NCBI GenBank assembly: GCA_021847065.1
Contig: JAJZVR010000002.1
Coordinates: 1-40,059 of the forward strand
DNA length: 40,059 bases
DNA from: Planctomycetota bacterium
GTDB lineage: Bacteria > Planctomycetota > Phycisphaerae > WQYP01
Reading direction: 5' to 3'
Shown: positions 24,635-33,292 of the stretch, in pieces
Layout of the letters: each line of letters opens with the position of its first letter
Position numbering within the stretch: position 1 is the first letter of the stretch
Translations under genes and position numbers: made by a program
Notes under the pieces: generated by a model
What the model saw: the letters and a program-made list of their open reading frames with translations, nothing else
Told to the model about the DNA's origin: nothing
Databases searched by the model: none

Positions 24635-26632
24635 ATGAAACGTATTTACGCCATTGTTTTGAAGCTTCTTCCGGTACTCGCAATGGCGGTGCCTCTACTA
24701 TTCGCGTTGACCGTGGCGCATGGCCGCGCGGGCGGCGGCGAAGGGTTTGGTGGAGGTGGCTTTGGCGGAGGTGACAGCGGAGGGGGCGGTGGCGGAGGCG
24801 GGGGAATTATTATCTGGTGGATTGTGGAATATCTGGTACTGGAGCATCCGGTTATTGGCATTCCGGTGCTGATTGTGGCCGGAATTCTATATTATAAAAC
24901 ACACATCTCCGTTGCCGGTTATGTCCGCGACCAGCGCACGCAGGCCGGACTTGCGGCGGTGGATGAAAACGCCGAAGCGGCGGCGGTGCTTGAGTTGCAG
25001 CAATCCGATCCGGCCTTTGATCTGCAAAAATTTTATGGCCGCGTGAATACTGCTTTCCTCAAAATTCAAGATGCGTGGTGTGCCCAGAACCTGCAAACCA
25101 TTCGCCCGTTTATTTCCGATGGCACACATGAAAGATTCGGCCTGCAATTCACAGAACAGAAACTGGATTCTGTGCGTGATCGAATGAAAAATATTGCCGT
25201 GCGGCAAGTACAGATGGTGCAATTGATACATGACAATGTATTTGATTCCGCAACCGTCCGCATTACCGCCTCGGCTGTGGATCAAACACTTTCCACACTG
25301 GATGGCAGAGTGATATCCGGATCGGGCGAAGCGGAAGAATTCACGGAATATTGGACGTTTCTTCGCCGCCGGGGAGCAAAAACCCCCAATGGTGCCGGGC
25401 TGATTGAAGGAAATTGTCCGAACTGCGGCGCCGCGATTGAACTCAATGCCGGTGCCCAATGCCAGAGTTGCCACGCCTTGTTACGCAGTGGCCAATACGA
25501 CTGGGTGCTGGCGGAAATAACCCAGGATTCCCAGTGGGAACCGGAAACATCGCGTGATACGCCCGGCGTAACAGCGTTGCAAACCCGTGATCCGGATTTC
25601 ACGCTCGCCGGATTGGAAGATCGCGTTTCGGTGATATTCTGGCGGAAGGTGCTGGCGGACAGACTGGGAAAAGTGGACCCATTACAGAAAGTTTCCGCAG
25701 CGACATTTATCCAAAGCTACAGCCCTCTGCTGGCGCCGCAAACCAATGGCGTGCGGGCGTTCTGGGGTGATTGTGCCGTGGGTGCGGTGCAGACCATGGG
25801 AATTTTCGCAAGTGCTCCGATGAATAAGGCCCTGGTGGAAGTGCGATGGTCGAGTCGACGGTATCAGACCGATGCGTCCGGAAAAGCGCAGAAAACCCCG
25901 CAAAGCAATATGGCGCAGCATTTGATGGTGCTGGAGCGTCAAAATAACGCCAAGACCGATCCGAATAAGGGCATATCTTCCGCCCATTGCCCGAATTGTG
26001 GCGCTCCGATTATGGATGATACATCCAATGCGTGCAGTTTCTGCGGCACGGTACTTAACGATGGCTCCAGCGACTGGATTCTTCTGGATATGCTGCCCGT
26101 ATCTGGACAGGCGGCACAGGATTTACTTCTGGCGTTGGCGCAAAGTAATGACCTGATTTCCGATCCCGCACAAACACGGCAACAGGTTGCGGCAATGCTT
26201 AATGTGTCACCGCCGCCGCCCAATGGCCTGCTGGCGTGGATGGTCAAATCGGTGGTCGACAATGGCAATATCGACGGTGGTGAAGAACGCATGTTGCGAC
26301 ATACGGCAGATCGTCACGGCGTGACCGATGAGCAATTGCATCGCATGATGGATGCGGCCCGGCGCGGTGAATTGCAAATCACAGAACCCAAAACGCCCGA
26401 TGAAATTCATCGCTGGCTGGGAGCCATGGTGGCCGCCGCGGTAATGGACGGCGAATTATCACCCACTGAACAGCGCTTAATTGCGACGGTTGGCAAAAAA
26501 TATGGTTTAAGCGACTATGACATAAAAATGCTGATCCGTCAGCAACAGGACCAACTTTATGCGACCGCCCGGCAAGCCTTAAGCGATCGCCGCCAGCGAA
26601 TGCGCACCGGAGGCAGTACTGCGGCACAGTGA
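24635..26632 (+). CDS. Tim44-like domain membrane protein with two zinc ribbons and a TerB-like C-terminal domain
   Basis: 665 aa.
- A signal or TM segment comes first.
- A poly-Gly tract follows (GGGEGFGGGGFGGGDSGGGGGGGGG), then a TM segment.
- There are two similar modules, each ending in a zinc ribbon and an acidic Trp motif: CPNCGAAIELNAGAQCQSCHALLRSGQYDWVLAEI and CPNCGAPIMDDTSNACSFCGTVLNDGSSDWILLDM.
- The C-terminus has paired DG..S..E helices (DGGEERMLRH..., DGELSPTEQRLIATV), as in TerB/DjlA-N domains. Confidence 0.6.
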   Translation: MKRIYAIVLKLLPVLAMAVPLLFALTVAHGRAGGGEGFGGGGFGGGDSGGGGGGGGGIIIWWIVEYLVLEHPVIGIPVLIVAGILYYKTHISVAGYVRDQRTQAGLAAVDENAEAAAVLELQQSDPAFDLQKFYGRVNTAFLKIQDAWCAQNLQTIRPFISDGTHERFGLQFTEQKLDSVRDRMKNIAVRQVQMVQLIHDNVFDSATVRITASAVDQTLSTLDGRVISGSGEAEEFTEYWTFLRRRGAKTPNGAGLIEGNCPNCGAAIELNAGAQCQSCHALLRSGQYDWVLAEITQDSQWEPETSRDTPGVTALQTRDPDFTLAGLEDRVSVIFWRKVLADRLGKVDPLQKVSAATFIQSYSPLLAPQTNGVRAFWGDCAVGAVQTMGIFASAPMNKALVEVRWSSRRYQTDASGKAQKTPQSNMAQHLMVLERQNNAKTDPNKGISSAHCPNCGAPIMDDTSNACSFCGTVLNDGSSDWILLDMLPVSGQAAQDLLLALAQSNDLISDPAQTRQQVAAMLNVSPPPPNGLLAWMVKSVVDNGNIDGGEERMLRHTADRHGVTDEQLHRMMDAARRGELQITEPKTPDEIHRWLGAMVAAAVMDGELSPTEQRLIATVGKKYGLSDYDIKMLIRQQQDQLYATARQALSDRRQRMRTGGSTAAQ

Positions 26633-26742
26633 TAGTGATGTATGCTCAAGACAGGCGTATCAGGCCCCCGATCAAGCCGTTCTCGGCTTGGGCATAACCT
26701 GCGCTTTGACAGATCCACAGGTTTCAAACATGATCGACATAT

Positions 26743-27513
26743 ATGAACAACGACACGGGTGAACATTTACATATCGCGAACCAGCCTGCGGATTTTGCGC
26801 CGCGGCTGTGGGATTCCGGACAGGGGCTGCTGGCGGCGGGACGGTATGTTGCAGCGCGCAGAGAATTGGAGTCTGCCGAGCGACAGGCATTCCTTAAACG
26901 CGATGCCGCGATGCTGGCACGGATATATCTGCCGCTGCTGGAGGCGTCGCGGCAAATTCGACAATTCTGCTGCGACGGCATCATCGCCATGACGCCTGCC
27001 AACAGCCAAGATCATCGTGCGGCCCTGCGGGAGGTGTTCAAGGCTGGCGGCGTGTGGCTGGACATTCAAGCAGCCGGCATGAATCATGCCCCCACCCCAT
27101 CCATGCCCACCGATGTACCGGTCGAATCGCTGTGCATCGTGGAACAAAAGCAGCATTGGCTCATCACCACACCTTGGCGCAAAAACCCCCATGCCCCACA
27201 ACCACGGCCCAAAGGTATTGCGGTATTATGGACACGCGATGCCGGAAAGCTTATCGCGCCGGGCCGGCTTGATACACGCGTGGCCATACTTCCTATGCCG
27301 GGCGTTTATCATCCGGGTAATCCGCACCATGCGCAGGCGCGTGAAACGCTTTTATTAACTTTTGAGGCGTTAGCGTTGAACTGGCTGGCACGACAGGGCG
27401 AATCGACCGGCGGTTGGGCAGAGCTGTCTATTTTGCGTCAGGCCCGGAAAATTGACCCCGCATGTGAGCGGGTTTTAATGCGGATGATGACTGTTGCCCG
27501 GAGTCTGATCTGA
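26743..27513 (+). CDS. Hypothetical protein
   Basis: This 256 aa ORF is the only long one in the interval, and I recognise no motif. Its 3' end overlaps the convergent DCC gene by 86 nt. Confidence 0.45.
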   Translation: MNNDTGEHLHIANQPADFAPRLWDSGQGLLAAGRYVAARRELESAERQAFLKRDAAMLARIYLPLLEASRQIRQFCCDGIIAMTPANSQDHRAALREVFKAGGVWLDIQAAGMNHAPTPSMPTDVPVESLCIVEQKQHWLITTPWRKNPHAPQPRPKGIAVLWTRDAGKLIAPGRLDTRVAILPMPGVYHPGNPHHAQARETLLLTFEALALNWLARQGESTGGWAELSILRQARKIDPACERVLMRMMTVARSLI

Positions 27514-27922
27514 CCGCGTGGCTTGGGCCGCAGCGCGTTGAATCGCAACCGCCGAATAGACGCACCCGATTTTGAGCAAAAGCGCGGTAAGCGATGTCCG
27601 CGAGTTTTCGGACGGGCGACAAACGCAGCAACGCGACCAGGAGCCGCCGATCCAACCGCGGAGGCAGTGCGTTCCAAATACATACAAACGCCTCAACTTC
27701 TGTAAAGGCCTGCCCGTCGGCGGTCAGTACGTGCATGACATCATGCACACGTTGAGCGTCCAGCCCATAGGCGGTAGCATTGAAGTCCGGCGCGGCGATG
27801 TTAATGGCCTGAAGGTGCCCAAGAAGATCGTGCCGAAGATGGCGTTGAATTTCCCGGTTACATACCGGACACTGACCATCATAAAAAATGCGAAGCGGAT
27901 AATGTTGTGATAATCTGTTCAT
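27428..27922 (-). CDS. Thiol-disulfide oxidoreductase, DCC family (DUF393)
   Basis: RIFYDGQCPVCNREIQRH is the signature DCC motif near the N-terminus. The start is placed at the internal ATG 27922 (MNRLSQHYPL); the track ORF extends to 28015. Confidence 0.75.
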   Translation of the reverse strand: MNRLSQHYPLRIFYDGQCPVCNREIQRHLRHDLLGHLQAINIAAPDFNATAYGLDAQRVHDVMHVLTADGQAFTEVEAFVCIWNALPPRLDRRLLVALLRLSPVRKLADIAYRAFAQNRVRLFGGCDSTRCGPSHAVRSDSGQQSSSALKPAHMRGQFSGPDAK

Positions 27923-28076
27923 ACGAGGAAACATTAGGCGAGCTGATTGGATGAATCCAGTAACCAATGGTATATTTTCGCGTTTGTGTTGAATTAAACA
28001 AAATAATATGCCCATGGCGAATTGCAGCGAAAATGAATTCCGTCGGGGTCAACGTTTACAATATAAAGCGCGGATC

Positions 28077-28099
28077 GAACCAAAACCAATATTCCGCGT
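28077..28099 (+). promoter_or_regulatory. ECF-type promoter candidate (GAAC-N16-CGT) upstream of the ECF sigma gene
   Basis: gaac (28077-28080), a 16-nt spacer, then cgt(aa) at 28097. This fits the generic ECF autoregulatory promoter pattern. It would leave a very short leader before the SD aggaag at 28105-28110, so it remains doubtful. Confidence 0.3.
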
Positions 28100-28116
28100 A
28101 ATAAAGGAAGAGCCTG

Positions 28117-28710
28117 ATGGCCACGGATGAAGATCTTGTTGCGGAGTTTGTGGCCGGTAATCAGGCCGCATTTGCCGAATTGGTGGAACGCTACCGCAGA
28201 GAGCTTTTCAGCTTCTTGCAGCGTTTTATCAATGAGGCGGCTTTAGCGGAGGATTTATTTCAGGAGACATTCATTCAGGTGTATCGCAGCGCCGTGACGT
28301 TTGATTCCAAGCGGCGGTTTCGCCCGTGGTTATTTACCATTGCCGCGAATAAAGCGCGGGATCATCTGCGCGCCAGCATGCGGCGCGGCACTCAGTCGCT
28401 GGATAATATCTCCGGCCATGACGCAGAACAGGGAACATTTTTGGATCTTATGGAGTCTGATACGCTTTCAGCTCCGGAACGTTTAATAGATATGGAGGAC
28501 GCCGCTGCGGTACGGCAAATCATCGCCCGGTTGCCGACGATTTATCGGGAAGTGCTGTTGTTAAGCTACTACAACCGCTTCGCATATAAAGAAATCGCGG
28601 AAATGCTGGGAATTCCGCTGGGAACGGTAAAAAGTCGCCTCCACTCAGCCTTGGCCATGTTTGGCGAAGCGTGGAGTGTGCGGCTAGGTGAAGGAAAGCA
28701 ACGTGATTAA
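28117..28710 (+). CDS. ECF-family RNA polymerase sigma-70 factor
   Basis: 197 aa. Region 2 reads LFQETFIQVYRS...FRPWLFTIAANKARDHLR. Region 4 reads YREVLLLSYYNRFAYKEIAEMLGIPLGTVKSRLHSAL. Confidence 0.9.
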   Translation: MATDEDLVAEFVAGNQAAFAELVERYRRELFSFLQRFINEAALAEDLFQETFIQVYRSAVTFDSKRRFRPWLFTIAANKARDHLRASMRRGTQSLDNISGHDAEQGTFLDLMESDTLSAPERLIDMEDAAAVRQIIARLPTIYREVLLLSYYNRFAYKEIAEMLGIPLGTVKSRLHSALAMFGEAWSVRLGEGKQRD

Positions 28711-28760
28711 TAACCGTGGGCGATACGGCTCCGGTGCACCGGGAGTAAATAGGTGATGCC

Positions 28761-29777
28761 ATGTTAAACCCTATCAATGACAATCAGGAAATTCCGAAAA
28801 AACCATTGGCGGATCATGAGGCTGCCTACATTGATGCGATGCTTGAGCACGGAAACGTCGATCACACCGGCGCGCAAGCCTTCGACCATACCGTGTGCCC
28901 GCCTCGACTTACGGAAATTATTCACGCCTTGGCGCAGTTGCCCCCCGTGGAACCGCCGGCGGATTTAACCCGTCGCACCGTGGCCGCCGCAGGCGCTGTC
29001 GCCGTGCCGCGAATGGTGCCACACGCTGGCAAATCCATGCTTACCAATACCCGGCTCCACGGGCGAACATGGGACCCGCGCAAGGCGGATATTGCGGTGA
29101 TGCTCATTGCGGCGGCGCTGCTGCTGACGGTGACAATTTTCCAGCTTAGCAAAGCGCGAACGCTGGCGGTTCAGACGGCGTGCGCTAATAATCTGGCGAT
29201 GCTGGGTACAGCTTTCGGGCAATATTCGGCCAACAATAACGGCATGCTTCCAAGCATGGTCATTCCAGCCGATCATGACTGGCTGCCGCGCAGCATGACA
29301 CCGCAGGTGCATCAAGCCGCCGATGCGCATTGCAATTTAGCCAATCTTTCCCCCATGCTTGATGCGCGCACACGTTACACCCCCTGGACGCGGATGATCT
29401 GCCCGGCGGTGACGGCAACAACGACATCTTTTGACCGCGCGGGAGAACATCCAGCATGGTCCACTGTTGGATATAGCTACATAGACCAATTATCCGACTA
29501 CCACCATCACTGGGACCAAGCCGGGCATGTAGCGGTCTTGGCGGATCGCAATCCTTTGTTTTACGGCGGTGGCTTGCAGCAGGCGAATATGAATTCCTGG
29601 AACCACAATCGCATGGGACAGAATGTGCTTTACGATGATGGCAGCGTTTTCTGGACGCGCACGCCGGATGTCGGCCCCAGACACGATAATATCTGGACCT
29701 TGGGTAGACCGCCGTTATTAGTCTATTCGGGCATGGAAGAGCCAGCCTCACGCGACGATATTATCTTAGTACCGTAG
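28761..29777 (+). CDS. Putative single-pass anti-sigma factor with a DUF1559/H-X9-DG-like (pseudopilin-type) extracytoplasmic domain
   Basis: 338 aa, starting 50 nt after the ECF sigma gene.
- A cytoplasmic segment of about 110 aa comes first.
- The TM helix is IAVMLIAAALLLTVTIFQL.
- SKARTLAVQTACANNLAMLGTAFGQYSANNNGMLP resembles the post-helix region of DUF1559 prepilin-like proteins.
- Near the C-terminus, HNRMGQNVLYDDGSVFW resembles the H-X9-DG motif with one extra residue.
- There is no prepilin cleavage motif and no zf-HC2 motif. Confidence 0.55.
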   Translation: MLNPINDNQEIPKKPLADHEAAYIDAMLEHGNVDHTGAQAFDHTVCPPRLTEIIHALAQLPPVEPPADLTRRTVAAAGAVAVPRMVPHAGKSMLTNTRLHGRTWDPRKADIAVMLIAAALLLTVTIFQLSKARTLAVQTACANNLAMLGTAFGQYSANNNGMLPSMVIPADHDWLPRSMTPQVHQAADAHCNLANLSPMLDARTRYTPWTRMICPAVTATTTSFDRAGEHPAWSTVGYSYIDQLSDYHHHWDQAGHVAVLADRNPLFYGGGLQQANMNSWNHNRMGQNVLYDDGSVFWTRTPDVGPRHDNIWTLGRPPLLVYSGMEEPASRDDIILVP

Positions 29778-30179
29778 CCGATGGCGTACTCCGGTGTTCA
29801 ACGATCGGCTTCCGACGAGAAGACCAAACAGGAACCTGCAACCTTGCGTCCAGAAGCTGGGCAAAACTTTGCTTGATGAGTAGCTGGCAACCTCCGGGGC
29901 AGGTTTCTCCGCCTGGTTGCGAATCACTTGCGCCGGTAATTTTAATTTGCAAAATTCTGACACGCGTGCCATACGGTTTGACCGGGGGCCATAACGAAAT
30001 TCCAACTCAACGCTTCCGCATTGAGCTAGCGGGATATACTCAACCCGGCTCCTGATGATACATTACAGGGGGCGAAAGAAGCAATAAAAGGCTGATTTTG
30101 CGGCCAAATGTTCAAGTTAAATGTGTCATTGGTTGCCGCAACGAGTATAACTCAACAATTGGTTATACGGGGGTGAGTT

Positions 30180-31313
30180 TTATTGCGCCATGGCAGGCCC
30201 TGACGTTGCCGTAGGCGACGGTGCCGTTGTGGGGATGGCCGACGGGCGGTATGAAATTCTGCATAATATGGTTCGTGGACCTTTTACCAGAGTCACACCC
30301 GATGGAAGCGCGTAGCGAATATGGTGCTCTACCCAGCCATCGGTGGTGGTGATGGAAGGTGTGATATTTAAAAATGCAACCACCCGGTCCCGCACGGGAG
30401 CTAAGTCGCCTATGAGCATTTTCCGCCCCAGGCGCTGCAAAGCGGGCCGAGAACCAGCTACCGTTACCGGCACGGTCTCCGGGCGGATGGATATGCTGTA
30501 GCGATCAACCAGCCAGGATGGGCCGCGAATCCAGACCGGCACGATGCCCAGTTTCAATTTATGAGTGGGTTCAGACGGCACGATGAATGTTACCAGAGCT
30601 GTGGCGGGCGACACATGCACCTGTGTATTGACGGCTCCGGGATAGCGCACAACCAATTGGGCCTGAATGGTTTGCCGGGTGCGTGGCGGCAAGGTGGTCA
30701 AATCTGACAACGGCTGTGCCACCACGCGCAACTGATCCTGCCCGCCAATACTGGTCAGCAGGCTTTTGGGCAATTGCACTTGCGCTACAGCCGGCATAAT
30801 GCTGGCGGAAACATGATGCAGAGCGGAAAATGAAATGGGTCGGGAAATCGACACCATTTGATCGACAGCAATTTGGATGCGGGCGGGCGTGGCGGAGATA
30901 ACCGTAACATGGCGCTGGCGGAAATAAGGCAAGTCGTTTAACACACGCACGGAACTGATATAGTTTTGGGGGCCGATGGTTAAGCTGCGGAGGTGCCGCA
31001 CAACATACGCGAGATTGTTGCGGTCATCATGGGTAAAAATGGCTCGGCCATCCGCCTGATCCCGAATCTGCTGCACCTGATCGCGCGGCCCCTGAATGTT
31101 GACGTGGAATTCTCCATTGGAAGGGCTGATGATCTGCACAATATCATTGGCATCACTCGGGGGCACCACCACGCTGATCTGAAACGGGAGATCGTTTTGA
31201 ATGGCCGTCAAATGGGCGTCGGCATACATCCAAAGCAGCAGTGTCAGCAGCAGTGTCAATGGCACGACCTTCAGTCGCTCGAAGACTCGGCGTTGTTGTT
31301 GTGGCATAGGCAT
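30180..31313 (-). CDS. cdaR: YbbR-domain protein, probable diadenylate cyclase regulator CdaR
   Basis: 377 aa with an N-terminal TM helix (VVPLTLLLTLLLWMY) followed by repeated beta-rich segments. It lies immediately downstream of cdaA on the same strand, which is the canonical cdaA-cdaR arrangement. Confidence 0.65.
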   Translation of the reverse strand: MPMPQQQRRVFERLKVVPLTLLLTLLLWMYADAHLTAIQNDLPFQISVVVPPSDANDIVQIISPSNGEFHVNIQGPRDQVQQIRDQADGRAIFTHDDRNNLAYVVRHLRSLTIGPQNYISSVRVLNDLPYFRQRHVTVISATPARIQIAVDQMVSISRPISFSALHHVSASIMPAVAQVQLPKSLLTSIGGQDQLRVVAQPLSDLTTLPPRTRQTIQAQLVVRYPGAVNTQVHVSPATALVTFIVPSEPTHKLKLGIVPVWIRGPSWLVDRYSISIRPETVPVTVAGSRPALQRLGRKMLIGDLAPVRDRVVAFLNITPSITTTDGWVEHHIRYALPSGVTLVKGPRTILCRISYRPSAIPTTAPSPTATSGPAMAQ

Positions 31314-31388
31314 TATTCTTTCAGGCCAACACGGCCATAAAGTTTAATCAACGGCACACACCATTGATTGTTGCAGCGCCGCAACCGC

Positions 31389-32204
31389 TTACGCAGCGGA
31401 GCGGTGTGGCACAGAATGCTCCGATTTCTGTAAGGCATTGGTAAGCCTTTCACGCAACTGTTCACCGGTGAGTTCACGCACAAACTCACCGCGCTGGGCA
31501 ATACTTATAATGCCGGTCTCTTCACTGACCACGATGATGATCGCGTCACTTTCCTGCGACAGGCCAAGTGCCGCCCGATGGCGCGCCCCCATTTCCGGGC
31601 TGACTTCAACGCCCTCCGCCAGTGGAAACTGCACGCCCGCAGCCGCGATTCGGCCTTCACGGATCACCACGCCCATATCATGAAGCATCGAGCCGGGCCA
31701 GAAAATCGTGTTTAATAATTCCGATGTTGTATCGGCGTTAAGAATGGTTCCCTGCTCCAAAAGCGCTCCTAAGCCAACCTCCCGCTCGACAGCAATCAGG
31801 GCACCAATGCGATTGCGCGAGCAATATTCGGCCGTTTGGCACAGGGAGTCAATTAATCGCCGGGAGGCTGAACTGCCGGGCCGGAAAAAGCGGGTTTCCC
31901 CCAGGCGGATCAAGGCCCGGCGCAATTCCGGCTGAAAGACCACCACGATGGCAAAACTGGTGAATACCAGCAGACGGCTGAAGAGAAATTCGACCTGCGG
32001 CAATTTATTGCCGCCGAGTTTGATAATGGTGTAGGCAATAATTAAAAAAAGAGCCACGCCCTTAATGAGTCGCGCGCCGCGCGTACCGCGTAAAAATTCC
32101 AGCACCCAATAAACCACCACGCCAATTAAAGCCAACTCCAGCGTTACAACCCACCAGGGATAGGCAGTTAATCGATTCAGCAGTGTGTGCAAAAAATCCA
32201 GCAT
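31389..32204 (-). CDS. cdaA: Diadenylate cyclase CdaA (DisA_N/DAC domain, three N-terminal TM helices)
   Basis: 271 aa. It has VVFQPELRRALIRLG, NRIGALIAVERE, GARHRAALGLSQESDAIIIVVSEETGIISIA (RHR motif) and LHDMGVVI at the position of the canonical LHDGAVII. Confidence 0.85.
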   Translation of the reverse strand: MLDFLHTLLNRLTAYPWWVVTLELALIGVVVYWVLEFLRGTRGARLIKGVALFLIIAYTIIKLGGNKLPQVEFLFSRLLVFTSFAIVVVFQPELRRALIRLGETRFFRPGSSASRRLIDSLCQTAEYCSRNRIGALIAVEREVGLGALLEQGTILNADTTSELLNTIFWPGSMLHDMGVVIREGRIAAAGVQFPLAEGVEVSPEMGARHRAALGLSQESDAIIIVVSEETGIISIAQRGEFVRELTGEQLRERLTNALQKSEHSVPHRSAA

Positions 32205-32340
32205 GCGGACATCAGTATAAGCCCCTGACGGGCGATGGGAAACAACAGAGAACCAAATACCGAAACACGATCTGATTTACAGGCTAGAATAAGCCATCCA
32301 GAACAGGCCGTAAGGAAAGGCTATAAAGGGATTCAGGACC

Positions 32341-33288
32341 ATGATGCAAACCGATAAAAAAGACACCATATTGGTCACCGGAGGCACCGGATTCGTGGGG
32401 CAAAGTGTGGTCAGACGATTGTTGCAGTCCGGCCGGCAGGCGCGAATTTTGGCGCGCAAGATGCCGTTGCGGCAGCCCGATAATACCTCCGTAGAATTTC
32501 GGCACGGTAACGTGCTTGAGCCGCAAAGCTTGGAAATGGCCATGCAGGGCTGCGCGGGGGTCATTCATCTCGTGGGCATTATCCGGGAAACACGACATCA
32601 AAGTTTCGTGCAGGCGCATGTGCAGGCGACCGAAAATGTGCTGCAAGCCGCAAGGGCGGCGGGCGTGGGCCGGTATATTCATATGTCCGCGTTGGGCGCA
32701 CGGGAGAATGCCCGGGCGGAATATCACAAAACCAAATGGCGGGCGGAGCAATTGGTGCAAGCAAGCTCATTGAATTGGACAATTTTTCGCCCGGGACTGA
32801 TTCATGGCCCACAAGGTGAATTTACCACCATGGTAGTTCAGTGGCATGCCGGAAAGGCACCGCCATTTTTTTTCATGCCCTATTTTGGTGGCGGCTTGCT
32901 GGGCCAGCAAGCCGTTACACGCGTACAACCCGTTCTGGTTGATGATGTTGCTGAACTTTTCGTGCGTGCCTTGGAAACCACGAAATCAGAACATCAGACC
33001 TATGAACTTGGCGGGCCGGACCAAATGACCTGGCCGCAAATGCTGGAAGTATTTAATACCGCGTTGCCTGGCCCGCGCCGTGCGATTCTCGGCATACCGT
33101 TTTGGCTGGCCACGGCCCTGTCCATGTTCCCGCTGCCCGGACTGCCATTCAATCGTGATCAGGTCATGATGGCCGGCGAAGACAGCGTATGCGATCTTTC
33201 AGCGTTAACGCGGGACTTTCCGGGCTTTGTGCCCCGGAAACTGGAGACCAGCGTTCGAGAATATATAAAATCCATTGGAGTCATTTGA
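32341..33288 (+). CDS. NAD(P)-binding atypical SDR (NDUFA9/NmrA-like family)
   Basis: 315 aa. The N-terminal Rossmann motif is ILVTGGTGFVGQSVVRRLLQSG. The length and the YHKTKW segment are typical of NDUFA9-like epimerase/dehydratase-fold proteins. Confidence 0.7.
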   Translation: MMQTDKKDTILVTGGTGFVGQSVVRRLLQSGRQARILARKMPLRQPDNTSVEFRHGNVLEPQSLEMAMQGCAGVIHLVGIIRETRHQSFVQAHVQATENVLQAARAAGVGRYIHMSALGARENARAEYHKTKWRAEQLVQASSLNWTIFRPGLIHGPQGEFTTMVVQWHAGKAPPFFFMPYFGGGLLGQQAVTRVQPVLVDDVAELFVRALETTKSEHQTYELGGPDQMTWPQMLEVFNTALPGPRRAILGIPFWLATALSMFPLPGLPFNRDQVMMAGEDSVCDLSALTRDFPGFVPRKLETSVREYIKSIGVI

Positions 33289-33292
33289 CGGC

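Noticed and set aside
24646-24861. Minus-strand poly-proline ORF (PPPPPPPPPLSPPPKPPPPNPSPPP)
   Set aside because: It is the reverse complement of the poly-Gly (GGN) tract at the N-terminus of the Tim44-like protein.
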